Source of the DNA: Terriglobia bacterium
Lineage (GTDB): Bacteria; Acidobacteriota; Terriglobia; JAJPHL01; JAPKYU01
Length of the DNA stretch: 64,000 nucleotides
Reading direction: 5' to 3'
Assembly (NCBI GenBank): GCA_965206645.1
Contig: CBDBKE010000004.1
Span: 1,472,001 to 1,536,000, forward strand
The position numbers were made by a program, and so were the translations under genes. Every line of letters begins with the position of its first letter. The first letter of the stretch is position 1. Below, piece after piece: positions 1-9,325 of the stretch. The notes below the pieces were generated by a model that saw nothing but the letters and a program-made list of their open reading frames with translations, searched no databases and was not told the origin of the DNA.

Positions 1-776
1 TGCTGGACCGTTACATCGCCTACACGCGCTTGGCCGTATCGGTGCGCAAGAAGCTACTGGTTTCGCTGGTCTACCCGGCGCTGCTCTTGTTCCTGGTGAT
101 CAACCTAGTGGCCTTCCTGACCGTCTACGTAATCCCCAACTTCGCAGAGCTTTACGCGGGCATGGGAGCCCAGCTTCCCCCTATGACCCAGGTGCTGATC
201 GCAGTGGGACTGACCATTAAGAATTACTGGGTGGTGCTGGTGTTGGGAATCCCGCTACTGGGGGCGGCCATCTATTCCTGGTCCCGGTCAGCCAGTGGCG
301 CGGCGCGCCTGGACAGGCTCAAGCTGAAGCTTCCACTGGCCGGTGAGATCTGGTTGAAGTACCAGGTGGCACAGTTCTGCCGGATGCTGTCCACCCTGCT
401 TAGTGGCGGCATCCCACTGGTGGCGGCCCTGGAAACGGCGGCCGACTCGTTCGGCTCGGCGCTGGTGCGTAGGTCGCTGGAAGTGGCCGGCCGGGCGGTG
501 CGGGAGGGGCGCACACTGTCGGCCGGCCTGCGGGAGTCGGCCCTTGTCCCCGACCTAGCCGTGGAAATGATCGAGGTGGGTGAATCCACCGGTGCGTTGC
601 CCCAGATGCTGGCCAGCACCGCCGAATTCTACGAGGAGGATGTGCAGACCCGGCTGCAGGCCGCCCTGACGCTGGTCGAGCCGGCCATCCTCATCTTCAT
701 GGGGGTCCTGGTGGCGTTTGTGCTGGTTTCTCTCTATCTGCCCATCTTCTCGCTGGCGGAAAGGATCCAGACATGA
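1..776 (+). CDS. pilC: Type II secretion/type IV pilus inner-membrane platform protein (GspF/PilC family), 5' part outside window
   Basis: Two GspF repeats (YPALLL...VIPNFAELY; FCRMLSTLLSGGIPL...EVGESTGAL...EPAILIFMG); ATGA overlap with the ATPase gene. Confidence 0.9.
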   Translation, partial: LDRYIAYTRLAVSVRKKLLVSLVYPALLLFLVINLVAFLTVYVIPNFAELYAGMGAQLPPMTQVLIAVGLTIKNYWVVLVLGIPLLGAAIYSWSRSASGAARLDRLKLKLPLAGEIWLKYQVAQFCRMLSTLLSGGIPLVAALETAADSFGSALVRRSLEVAGRAVREGRTLSAGLRESALVPDLAVEMIEVGESTGALPQMLASTAEFYEEDVQTRLQAALTLVEPAILIFMGVLVAFVLVSLYLPIFSLAERIQT

Positions 777-2413
777 GTGAACCGAAATACAGGGACGGAA
801 ACGGAACCGAGCTGGCAACCAACGCGGCGGGCGAGGAGACCCGTGCTCGCGACCTGGCCGCCCGCTACCGCTGCCCGTTCATCAACCTGAAGGAGCAGCC
901 GATTGATCACGAGCTGCTGCGCAGCATTCCGGTGGACCTGATGTTCCGATACCACTTCGTTCCGCTGCGCAGCCATAACCAGACGCTGGAGGTCGCCATC
1001 GCCGACCCCAGCCAGCTGGTGCTGATTGACGAGGTCTCGCTGCTGCTCAACAAGAAGCTCAAGCTGCGCGTGGCAACGCTCAACCAGATCAACGAGCTGC
1101 TGAAGAAGACCGAGCAGTCGCAACGCGTGCTGGAGGAAGCCACGGAGGGATTCACCCTGGACGTGATCCACGAAGAAGAGGGCCAGGACGAAACGCTCTC
1201 GATCGAGAAGCTGACGCGCGACAGCGACATCAGCCCGGTCATCCGCCTCGTGGATACCACCATCTTTACGGCGCTGGAACGGCGGGCCAGCGACATTCAC
1301 ATCGAGACCCGCGACAGCGAGGTGGCCATGAAGTACCGGATTGACGGCGTGCTGCACTACGCCATGCCGCCAATCGCCAAAGACTGGGCGCCGACCATCA
1401 TCTCCCGCATCAAGATCATGTCGGAGCTGGATATCGCCGAGCGGCGCATACCCCAGGACGGGCGGTTCCGGGTGCGCTACAAGAACCGCTCGATTGACTT
1501 CCGCGTCTCCATCATGCCCTCCATCCACGGAGAGGACGCGGTGCTGCGGGTGCTGGACAAGGAGTCCATGAGCGAGCAGTTCCGCCAGCTCTCCCTGGAC
1601 TCGGTGGGCTTCCCCGAGCATGATCTGAAGAAGTTCCGGCGTTACATCCAGGAGCCTTACGGCATGGTGCTGGTGACCGGGCCGACCGGCAGCGGCAAGA
1701 CCACGACCTTGTACGCGGCCCTGATGGAAATCAAGAACGACGAGGACAAGATCATCACCATCGAGGACCCGGTGGAGTATCAGATCAAGGGCATCACCCA
1801 GATTCCCGTGAATGAGAAAAAGGGGCTCACCTTCGCCCGCGGCTTGCGCTCGATCCTGCGCCACGATCCGGACAAGATCATGGTGGGGGAGATCCGCGAC
1901 AACGAGACGGCCCAGATCGCCATCCAGTCCGCTCTGACCGGGCACCTGGTGTTCACCACCGTCCACGCCAACAATGTGGTGGACGTGCTGAGCCGCTTTC
2001 TGAACATGGGGGTGGAGCCGTACAACTTCGTCTCGGCTCTCAACTGCATCCTGGCCCAGCGATTGGTGCGCCTCATCTGCGCGCAGTGCAGGCGCGCAGT
2101 TCATTATCCCGACCCAGACCTGGAGGAGTCGGGGCTGGACCCGAGGGTCTGGCGCGAGCGGTCTTTCTACGAAGGCGCCGGCTGTCTGGAATGTTCCGGA
2201 ACTGGCTTCCGCGGGCGCACCGCCATCGTCGAGCTGCTGGACCTGTCGGACCGCATCCGCGAGATCATCCTAGACAAGCGCCCTGCCTCGGAGATCAAGC
2301 GAGCGGCGAATGAGGAAGGCATGAACTTCCTGCGCGAAGCAGCCCTGGCCAAGGTCCAGGCAGGGGTGACGACGCTGCGCGAAATCAACAAGGTAACGTT
2401 CATCGAGGGATAG
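773..2413 (+). CDS. pilB: GspE/PilB assembly ATPase
   Basis: ASDIHIE, LDIAERRIPQDGR, Walker A GPTGSGKTT, TIEDPVE, LRHDPDKIMVGEIRD, His box TGHLVFTTVH, tetracysteine motif. Confidence 0.93.
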   Translation: MSEPKYRDGNGTELATNAAGEETRARDLAARYRCPFINLKEQPIDHELLRSIPVDLMFRYHFVPLRSHNQTLEVAIADPSQLVLIDEVSLLLNKKLKLRVATLNQINELLKKTEQSQRVLEEATEGFTLDVIHEEEGQDETLSIEKLTRDSDISPVIRLVDTTIFTALERRASDIHIETRDSEVAMKYRIDGVLHYAMPPIAKDWAPTIISRIKIMSELDIAERRIPQDGRFRVRYKNRSIDFRVSIMPSIHGEDAVLRVLDKESMSEQFRQLSLDSVGFPEHDLKKFRRYIQEPYGMVLVTGPTGSGKTTTLYAALMEIKNDEDKIITIEDPVEYQIKGITQIPVNEKKGLTFARGLRSILRHDPDKIMVGEIRDNETAQIAIQSALTGHLVFTTVHANNVVDVLSRFLNMGVEPYNFVSALNCILAQRLVRLICAQCRRAVHYPDPDLEESGLDPRVWRERSFYEGAGCLECSGTGFRGRTAIVELLDLSDRIREIILDKRPASEIKRAANEEGMNFLREAALAKVQAGVTTLREINKVTFIEG

Positions 2414-2423
2414 TTTTGATAGC

Positions 2424-2537
2424 CGATCGCGGATTTCGGATTGCAGCATTAGCCACAGAGACACAGAGCGCTCAGAGCCGGAAAAGCTTTTTCTCTGTGC
2501 CCGTGTGGCTGAATCCGAAATCCGCAATCCGAAATCG
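2424..2537. repeat. Nested palindromic intergenic unit: inverted GGATTTC/GAAATCC heptamer arms around inverted CACAGAG 8/9-mer arms
   Basis: gcggatttcggatt (2429-2442) is the exact reverse complement of aatccgaaatccgc (2512-2525); inner agccacagagacacagag pairs imperfectly with ctctgtgcccgtgtggct. Confidence 0.85.
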
Positions 2538-2539
2538 TC

Positions 2540-3487
2540 ATGGCTAGCGCGCACTCGGTTCCCAGAAACCTGTTCCACCGGCTCTGGCATGAGCCGCCGC
2601 CCTCGCTGGCCGTGGAGTTTTCCTCTGGCGGGGTGGCGGCGGCATGCTGGACGCCGGGGGCGGACACGGTAGATCAGTTCGCGAGCGAGCCGCTGCCAGA
2701 AGGGGCGCTGCGGCCTTCGCTGGCTCGCGAAAATGTGCTGAGTCCGGATGCGGTGCGTTCGGCGCTGGCGCAGGTGCTGGGGCGGATGAATCGGCGCAAC
2801 GGCGGCAATCTGGCCGTGCTGCTGCCCGACGTCGCGGCACGCGTCTCTCCCCTGACACTGGAGCAGCTTCCAGCCCGGCAGGAAGAGGCTCAGGCGCTGC
2901 TTCGCTGGCGCCTGAAGAAGACGGTGCCGTTTGAGGTGGAACAGGCTTCATTCGCTTACCAGCCAGTGGGTGATTCCCCTGAGGGGCGAGAGGTGCTGGT
3001 AGCGGTGGCCCCGCGAGTTGTGGTGAGACAGTACGAGATAGCGCTGGAGTCGTTGGGCTATCAGCCCGGCTTCGTCACCCTCTCTTCGCTGGCCGTGATC
3101 GGGCTCCTGCCTATTGCGGGAGCCGGTGCCGGCCGCGGCACCATGCTGCTTCGCAGCTCGGGGCGGCTGTCAACCATCCTGATGACCGGCTCCGACAGGC
3201 TACGCATGTTTCGCTCCTTTGAACTGCCGGCCGAGGAGCAATCCCGTTCGCTAGAAGAGATTGTCGGTGACGCGTATAGCTCCGCCGTGTACTTTCAGGA
3301 CACGTTCGGGGAAACGCTGGAGCGAATCTACCTGGCCGGGTTTGGCGGGCAAACGGCACAGTTGCAGAAATTGATCGAGCAGGAACTCGACGTTCGAGCG
3401 CAACCCCTGCTGGTGCCCGGAGTGCGCAGCGAAGACAACGACTTCCTCGGTCTCCACGGGATGATCGCCGAGCAGGCCAAAGCATGA
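2540..3487 (+). CDS. pilM: PilM-like actin-fold pilus assembly protein
   Basis: LAVEFSSGGV, LRWRLKKTVPFEVE and ERIYLAG motifs; lies between pilB and pilN-like genes. Confidence 0.75.
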   Translation: MASAHSVPRNLFHRLWHEPPPSLAVEFSSGGVAAACWTPGADTVDQFASEPLPEGALRPSLARENVLSPDAVRSALAQVLGRMNRRNGGNLAVLLPDVAARVSPLTLEQLPARQEEAQALLRWRLKKTVPFEVEQASFAYQPVGDSPEGREVLVAVAPRVVVRQYEIALESLGYQPGFVTLSSLAVIGLLPIAGAGAGRGTMLLRSSGRLSTILMTGSDRLRMFRSFELPAEEQSRSLEEIVGDAYSSAVYFQDTFGETLERIYLAGFGGQTAQLQKLIEQELDVRAQPLLVPGVRSEDNDFLGLHGMIAEQAKA

Positions 3488-3590
3488 TTGCGGAGACATT
3501 AGCCACAGAGGCACAGAGCCGGAAAAGCTTTCTGTGCTCGTCGTGTCTCTGTGGCTGGCGCCGAAATCTGAAATCCGGAATTGGGAATCG
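3487..3590. repeat. Second copy of the nested palindromic unit
   Basis: Shares core cattagccacagagRcacagag...ccggaaaagcttt with 2447-2490; inverted tgtctctgtggct; ccgaaat/ctgaaat/ccggaat heptamers on the right. Confidence 0.8.
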
Positions 3591-3592
3591 GC

Positions 3593-4162
3593 ATGCGCAT
3601 TGAACTGAACTTGGCGAGCCGCCCCGTCGGGAACCTGCGGCGGTTTTACGTGCTGGCGGGAACTGGCGTGGTGCTGTTGGCCCTGCTGGCCACCGCCCAG
3701 GCGACCATTTTCTTCCGCGACTGGTGGAGCGGGCGCGAGGTCAGCCAACAAACCGAGCGGCTGCGTGGCGAGGTGCGTCGCCTGGAGGCCGAGCAAGAAA
3801 AATTCGAGCAGCAACTTGAGGAGCCGCAAGCTAAGGAGGTAATGGGTTGCTCCGATTTTCTCAACGCTCAGATCCTGCACAAGAGCGTCTCCTGGACGCA
3901 AATTCTCATGGATTTAGAGGAGCTGATCCCGGACCGCGTGCTGGTGGTTTCCATCAGGCCGGAGATCGTGGAGCGCAGTCAGGTGCGCCTGGAGATGTTA
4001 GTCGCGGGCGAGTCCATGGGCCAGTTGCTGGAGTTTTTGCGGCGTATTGAAAGCTCCGCTAAGTTTGGGACGCCGGTCCTCAGCCAGGAAGTGCCGGCGC
4101 AGGACGACGCCCGGGACCCCAGCATCAAGCTGGGATTAAGCGTGCTCTATGGCCAAGAATAA
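3593..4162 (+). CDS. pilN: PilN-like protein
   Basis: MRIELNLAS N-terminus, one TM helix, coiled coil, SWTQILMDLEELIPDRVLVVSIRP. Confidence 0.75.
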   Translation: MRIELNLASRPVGNLRRFYVLAGTGVVLLALLATAQATIFFRDWWSGREVSQQTERLRGEVRRLEAEQEKFEQQLEEPQAKEVMGCSDFLNAQILHKSVSWTQILMDLEELIPDRVLVVSIRPEIVERSQVRLEMLVAGESMGQLLEFLRRIESSAKFGTPVLSQEVPAQDDARDPSIKLGLSVLYGQE

Positions 4163-4778
4163 TCAGCCCAACCGAGCCGCGGAAAGGGCCGCGGAAAGGC
4201 CGGTTTCCAGGCATCTCGTCTGGCGGCGCCTCCTGCAGGGCCTACTGGCAGGGCTGCTGGCGGTGAATATCTTGTTCTTCTCTCTGGCCCTGAAGCCGCG
4301 GGGACAGCGTGCCCGCGAACAGGCCGAAGTGTTCCGAGAGCTTGGCCAGGACCTGGAGTCCCGCCGGGAAACGGTGAAACGGTTGCGCAACATCGCTGCC
4401 AACCTGGGCCAAGCTCGCCGCCAGGGTCTCGAGTTCCACCAGGACAAGTTCCTGCCCAAGCCGACCGGATTCTCCATTCTCATGGAGGAAGTGGACAAGC
4501 TGGCGCGGGCGACCCGGGTGCGCAAGGGCACCGTAACCTATTCGCTGAGCCCCGTGCAGGGGCAACCCGACCTGAACGAAGTGCACGTGACGACGGTGTT
4601 GGAGGGTGACTATGCCAACATCGTGGAGTTTGTGAATCAAGTGGAGCGGTCGCCCCAGTTTATGATCATCGACAACATCGGGCTGGCCGGCGGCGGGAAC
4701 ACCAGGGCGAAGCCGGGCGCCAGCAAGGCCAGCCCGGTGCGGCTTTCGTTGCGTCTGGTGACGTTCTTCCGGCTGTAG
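4149..4778 (+). CDS. pilO: PilO-like protein
   Basis: TM helix, coiled coil, LEGDYANIVEFVNQVERSPQFMIIDNI motif. Confidence 0.75.
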   Translation: MAKNNQPNRAAERAAERPVSRHLVWRRLLQGLLAGLLAVNILFFSLALKPRGQRAREQAEVFRELGQDLESRRETVKRLRNIAANLGQARRQGLEFHQDKFLPKPTGFSILMEEVDKLARATRVRKGTVTYSLSPVQGQPDLNEVHVTTVLEGDYANIVEFVNQVERSPQFMIIDNIGLAGGGNTRAKPGASKASPVRLSLRLVTFFRL

Positions 4779-4817
4779 CGGACACCAGATAAGGCCAAAC
4801 TAAGGCAAGAAAAACCG

Positions 4818-5390
4818 ATGGCCGCTTCGTTTCGCCTCCAAGACGGCAAGCGCTGGATCGCAGCAGCGGTGCTGCTGGCCTTTGCGGCCTTTCTGCTGTA
4901 TCGCGCCTTCTCTCCCTCGGCCCAGCAGGCTGCCAGCCGCGCTAGGGGGGTCGGGCCGGCAGCGGAGAACCGCTTGCGAAAACGGGCACGTGCTTCAATC
5001 TCGGGGGCATACGACCCTGCGCTGCGATTCGACCTGTTGGCCAAGGTGCAGGGCATCACCTACCAGGGGACCGAGCGCAACATCTTCCAGTACCATACGC
5101 GCGCGGCTCCGATACCGAAGCCAACAGCCAAAGCTGTTACCGAGTCGGCTTCCAAGCGTTCCGGCGAGGCGCCCCCGCCACCTATCCCCTTGAAGTATTA
5201 CGGGTATGCTCACAAGCCCGACGAAACCGCCAGGAAGGCGTTCTTCTTGGATGCAGAGGAAATTTTCATCGCCACCGAGGGGGAGATTGTCAACAAGAGG
5301 TATAAGATACTAAAGATAGGGGTGAACACGGTTGAGGTGGAAGACCTGGTGACGAAGAGCAAGCAAACTCTTCCACTGCAGGAAACCTGA
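4818..5390 (+). CDS. PilP/GspC-like membrane-anchored protein
   Basis: N-terminal TM, RNIFQY, PPPPIPLKYYGYA...AFF...IFIATEGEIVNKRYKILKI; position after pilO. Confidence 0.6.
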   Translation: MAASFRLQDGKRWIAAAVLLAFAAFLLYRAFSPSAQQAASRARGVGPAAENRLRKRARASISGAYDPALRFDLLAKVQGITYQGTERNIFQYHTRAAPIPKPTAKAVTESASKRSGEAPPPPIPLKYYGYAHKPDETARKAFFLDAEEIFIATEGEIVNKRYKILKIGVNTVEVEDLVTKSKQTLPLQET

Positions 5391-6913
5391 TGAGCGGGTC
5401 GAAAGTCAGAGGTTCAAAGTCCAAGGTCGAAGAGTTCCACCCCCTGTTGCGACCGCCTCGCACGCCGGCCGCCAGAGCGGGCAATCAAGCCACAACGGGC
5501 AATCAAGCCAAAGCGAGCAATCAAGAAGGCTGGGCGTTGCTCACCCTGATCTTCTTCTCCGCGCTGCTGGCGATTTCACTGGCGTCCGTACTGCCGCGGG
5601 CGGCCATGGAAGCGCGCCGGGAAAGGGAAGCGGACTTGATCCACCGTGGCCTACAGTATCAGCGGGCCATCCAGCTTTATTACCGAAAGTTCCGCCGCTA
5701 TCCCTCCAAGATGGAGGAGTTGGAAAACACGAATCGCATCCGTTTTCTGCGGCGGCGCTTCACGGATCCGATTGCGGGAAGCGAGGAGTGGCGTCTTATC
5801 CACATCAGCCCGCAGGGCCTGTTGACTGATTCGGTGCTGCAGCAGGCCGGTGGAGCCGCCACCGCTGCAGTTCCGGGCGTGACTCCGGGCGTGCCCGGTG
5901 CTCTGCCGGGAACGCAAAATTGGTCGCAACAGCCGGGGCGCAGCTCTCAGCCCACTTCTGGTTTCGGGCAGACTTCCCGCTTTGGACAGCCGGCGAATCC
6001 TGCCGCCCGGCCAGGACAGGTGCGGCAACCAGGCGGTTTCGGCCAGCCGGCAGGTTTTGGGCAGCGGGCCGCGGGGGCAGGCCCCACACCAGCCGGCTTC
6101 CGGCTGCCAGGACAGTCGGTGCCCGTGTCACCTGGAACGATGACCATCCCGGGGCTTCCGGCCTGGGTGCGGCCCAGGCAACAGCCGGGGCAAACAGCTT
6201 TTCAAACGCCACTCGTCGGGCAGCCATCGAGGCCCGGCCAACAGTCGGGTTTCGGCCAGCCGACCCAACCCGGTCGACCCCAGGGAACGGGTAGGGTTGT
6301 GATTCCCGGACTCCCCGCCGGAGTGCAGATCGGCGTTCCCCCCGGGGCGGCGTACGGTGCGCCTGCCGGGGGCACGGCGCGTGGAATGTCGCCCGGGACA
6401 GGCTTGGGCGCTAGCGTCGGGATAACCACCACGGGTTTCGTCCCCCTTGTTGGAAATCCCACGGGCTCCGGCACGGTTCCCGGCCAGCCTACTGCTTTAG
6501 GCGGTCAGCAGATTGGGGGCGGCATCGCTGGCGTGGCCAGCACCAAGGAAGCGCCTTCGATGAAGATCTACAATGGCCGCGAAAAATACAACGAATGGGA
6601 ATTCGTCTACGATTTTCGCCGCGACCCGACGATGCTGGGCCGCCAGGTCCAGGGCGCTCCCGTCCAGCCAGGCGCCTTGGTGGGCCAACCCCAACGGCCG
6701 GGTCGCCCAGGTCAGCCACAACCCCGTGGGTTCGGCCAGCCGCAGCAGGGTGGCTTCGGTAGGCCCCAACCTGGCGCGTTTGGCCAACCGCAGCCAGGCC
6801 AGTCGGGCAGGCCCCAACCTGGCCGGCGCGGTCAACCGCAGTCAAGAAGGCCCGGCCAGCCACAGCCCGGCGGCATCGGCGCGCGGCCGCCAATTCTATT
6901 TCCGCGCCGCTGA
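5390..6913 (+). CDS. Pseudopilin-like protein with long Gly/Pro/Gln low-complexity regions
   Basis: Prepilin-type site NQEG/WALLTLIFF, REREADLIHRGLQYQRAI...RFLRRRFTDPI, IAGVAST...YNEWEFVYD; GFGQP repeats. Confidence 0.65.
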   Translation: MSGSKVRGSKSKVEEFHPLLRPPRTPAARAGNQATTGNQAKASNQEGWALLTLIFFSALLAISLASVLPRAAMEARREREADLIHRGLQYQRAIQLYYRKFRRYPSKMEELENTNRIRFLRRRFTDPIAGSEEWRLIHISPQGLLTDSVLQQAGGAATAAVPGVTPGVPGALPGTQNWSQQPGRSSQPTSGFGQTSRFGQPANPAARPGQVRQPGGFGQPAGFGQRAAGAGPTPAGFRLPGQSVPVSPGTMTIPGLPAWVRPRQQPGQTAFQTPLVGQPSRPGQQSGFGQPTQPGRPQGTGRVVIPGLPAGVQIGVPPGAAYGAPAGGTARGMSPGTGLGASVGITTTGFVPLVGNPTGSGTVPGQPTALGGQQIGGGIAGVASTKEAPSMKIYNGREKYNEWEFVYDFRRDPTMLGRQVQGAPVQPGALVGQPQRPGRPGQPQPRGFGQPQQGGFGRPQPGAFGQPQPGQSGRPQPGRRGQPQSRRPGQPQPGGIGARPPILFPRR

Positions 6914-7072
6914 GACAAAGCGTCTGCGGCGGTTTCCTCCTCCAGGCCTCACACTGCCGCATCAAACCCGTCGTACTTAGAGAAAAGCTAGGCCTAAAGG
7001 AAAGCTGGGGGAATTCTCCACCGACCCTGGAATCGCCAGATGGATTCTCCGGAGCCTCGCAAGAAATTCCGC

Positions 7073-7136
7073 TTGACAATTGTGCTTGACAGAGGCGGAC
7101 ATATATGACCTATAGTCATATATGTCCATTGGTCAC
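7073..7136 (+). promoter_or_regulatory. Promoter and probable TetR operator(s)
   Basis: TTGACA at 7073 and 7086; perfect palindrome GGACATATATGAC-N5-GTCATATATGTCC (7097-7127); second imperfect ATGTCC-ATTG-GTCAC site, just upstream of tetR. Confidence 0.75.
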
Positions 7137-7151
7137 ATTTAAACTACGGGG

Positions 7152-7820
7152 ATGCCAACTCGCTCCCAAGTCGCCCGGCGAGCCCCACCCAACCGCCGTG
7201 AACGGCGGCGGGCCGCCACCCGTGAACGCATCTTTCGCGCTGCCTTGCGCCTTTTCGCGGCGCGGGGAGTTTTTGCCACCACCGTCCAGGAGATTACTGA
7301 AGCGGCTGATGTCGGCAAGGGCACCTTCTTCAACTACTTTCCCAGCAAGGAACACTTGTTGGCGGCCTTCGGCGAGATTCAGGTGGCCAAGGTGCGCGCT
7401 GCGGCAGCCGAGGCCCGCCGCGGACAGAAACACTCCCGCGAACTGCTCCGTCGTTTGATCCATGACCTGGCGGAGGAGCCTGGCCGCAGCCAGGCGCTGG
7501 TGCGCAGCCTGCTGGCGGCCAACATGGGCAGCGCGCCGGTCCGCTCCCTTATGCGCCACAACCTGGGCCGCGGCCGGAAATTGCTGGGGCAGCTCATCGC
7601 CCGGGGGCAGCTGCGGCGCGAGATACGCCGCGACCGCAAGGCGATCGAACTTGCACGCTACTTCCAGCAAAGCTTCTTTGGTGCGCTGCTGCTGTGGACG
7701 CTCCATCCTCCCTCGCCTCTGGAGGCGTGGTTGAACACGACCTTTGAGCTGATTTGGACGGGGATAGATGCCCGGCAGGGCGGGGCAGGTAGGAGAGCAG
7801 GCAAGGAGGGACTCGCGTGA
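7152..7820 (+). CDS. TetR/AcrR family transcriptional regulator
   Basis: HTH TTVQEITEAADVGKGTFFNYFPSKEHL. Confidence 0.92.
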   Translation: MPTRSQVARRAPPNRRERRRAATRERIFRAALRLFAARGVFATTVQEITEAADVGKGTFFNYFPSKEHLLAAFGEIQVAKVRAAAAEARRGQKHSRELLRRLIHDLAEEPGRSQALVRSLLAANMGSAPVRSLMRHNLGRGRKLLGQLIARGQLRREIRRDRKAIELARYFQQSFFGALLLWTLHPPSPLEAWLNTTFELIWTGIDARQGGAGRRAGKEGLA

Positions 7821-9325
7821 AGAATCATCTTCGGCTGCCGGTCCATTGGGGTTTCTATTACTTGAACTGGCATTTGAATTGGCACTGGAATTGGATTGCC
7901 CTCTTCCTTTCCCTGACTGTTGTCCCCGTGGTCGCTTACGGGCAAAGCCGTCCAGAGGAGCCTCGATCGCGTCTAGCCAGCTCCGCCGGGCGCCTCCTGC
8001 GCCTCAGCTTGGGACAGGCGGTCGAGATCGCGCTCCAGCCGGAAGGAAACGCTCGCATCCAAATGGCCGAGCAGCTGATCCGGCAGGCGCAGGCGCGCTC
8101 GGCCGAAACGCGGGCCGCGCTGCTGCCCGATTTGTCGGGATCAGTCGGCCTGCAGAACCAGAGACGAAATCTGGAGGCCCTGGGGCTTCAGGTGCAGTCA
8201 CCGATTCCCGGTGTTGTCATTCCGCGATCCGTGGGACCCTTCAGCACGTTTGACGCGCGCGCCTTCGTGAGCCAGAAGATTCTCGACTTTGCCGCCATCC
8301 GGCGCTTCCAGGCCTCTCGGACCGGCGTCCGGGTGGCCCGCGCCGAGGACGAGTCCACCCGGGACCAGGTGAGCCAGCAGGTGGGGCGCGCTTATCTAGC
8401 CACCATGCGGGCGGAAGCTTCGCTGGAAACAACGCGGGCGAATCTGGCGCTGGCTGAAGCGTTGCTCCGGCTCGCGGCGAATCAGAAGGCCGCCGGTACC
8501 GGGACAGGAATTGAGGTGACTCGTGCCCGCGTGCAACTGGCGCATGAACGCCAGCGTGTGCTGGCGAGCGGGAACGAACGGGAGCGGACGCACCTTGAGC
8601 TTTTGAAGCTGCTGGGATTGAAATTGAATACGGAGCTGGAGCTGACCGACGCGCTGGCCTATCTGCCGGCCCCGACGATGGAGGTCGCGGAAGCGCTGGC
8701 TACGGCGATGGAGTCGCGCGCCGAGTGGAAGGCGCAGCAGAAGCGAGAACACCAGGCAAGTCTGAACTACAGCGCTACGAAGCTGGAGCGGCTGCCCGCT
8801 CTGGTCGGATTCCTGGATTACGGTTCCATCGGGGTGCGTCTCGATCGGTTGTTGCCCACGCACACCCTCGGCGTAGCGCTGCAGGTCCCCGTTTTCGACG
8901 GAGGCCGCAGGGAGGCGCGGCGCGCTGAAAGCTTGTCCCAACTGCGGCAGGAGCGGATCCGCACCCATGATCTGCGAGAGCAGATTGAGCTGGAAATTCG
9001 CCTGGCCCTCGACAGCCTGCGCTCGACAGAACAGCAGGTGCAAGCGGCGCAAGAGGGGCGGCAGCTGGCCGAGAATGAGCTGGCCCAGGCGCGCCGTCGC
9101 TACCAGGCGGGCGTAACCAGTAGCCTGGAAGTGACCGACGCTCAGACGCGTCTGGTTCGGGCCCGCGAGGACCACATCAACGCGTTGTTCAACCACAACC
9201 TGGCCCGTATTGACCTGGGCGCCGCAATGGGCACCGTGCGGCAGGTCCTTCAACAGAGCAGCTCTGGGATAAATCCTGATACGAAGCTGCCCGGGAGCCA
9301 AGGCCAAGGAAGGTGGCAGCCGTGA
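7817..9325 (+). CDS. TolC family outer membrane efflux protein
   Basis: LSLGQAVEIAL, VPVFDGG, RRYQAGVTSSLEVTDAQ motifs. Confidence 0.88.
   Translation: MKNHLRLPVHWGFYYLNWHLNWHWNWIALFLSLTVVPVVAYGQSRPEEPRSRLASSAGRLLRLSLGQAVEIALQPEGNARIQMAEQLIRQAQARSAETRAALLPDLSGSVGLQNQRRNLEALGLQVQSPIPGVVIPRSVGPFSTFDARAFVSQKILDFAAIRRFQASRTGVRVARAEDESTRDQVSQQVGRAYLATMRAEASLETTRANLALAEALLRLAANQKAAGTGTGIEVTRARVQLAHERQRVLASGNERERTHLELLKLLGLKLNTELELTDALAYLPAPTMEVAEALATAMESRAEWKAQQKREHQASLNYSATKLERLPALVGFLDYGSIGVRLDRLLPTHTLGVALQVPVFDGGRREARRAESLSQLRQERIRTHDLREQIELEIRLALDSLRSTEQQVQAAQEGRQLAENELAQARRRYQAGVTSSLEVTDAQTRLVRAREDHINALFNHNLARIDLGAAMGTVRQVLQQSSSGINPDTKLPGSQGQGRWQP

Noticed and set aside
734-2104. Long antisense ORFs (also 9250-11373, 21211-22536, 41668-43158, 44266-45348 and others)
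   Set aside because: Shadow frames of well-supported genes in high-GC DNA, with no recognisable motifs
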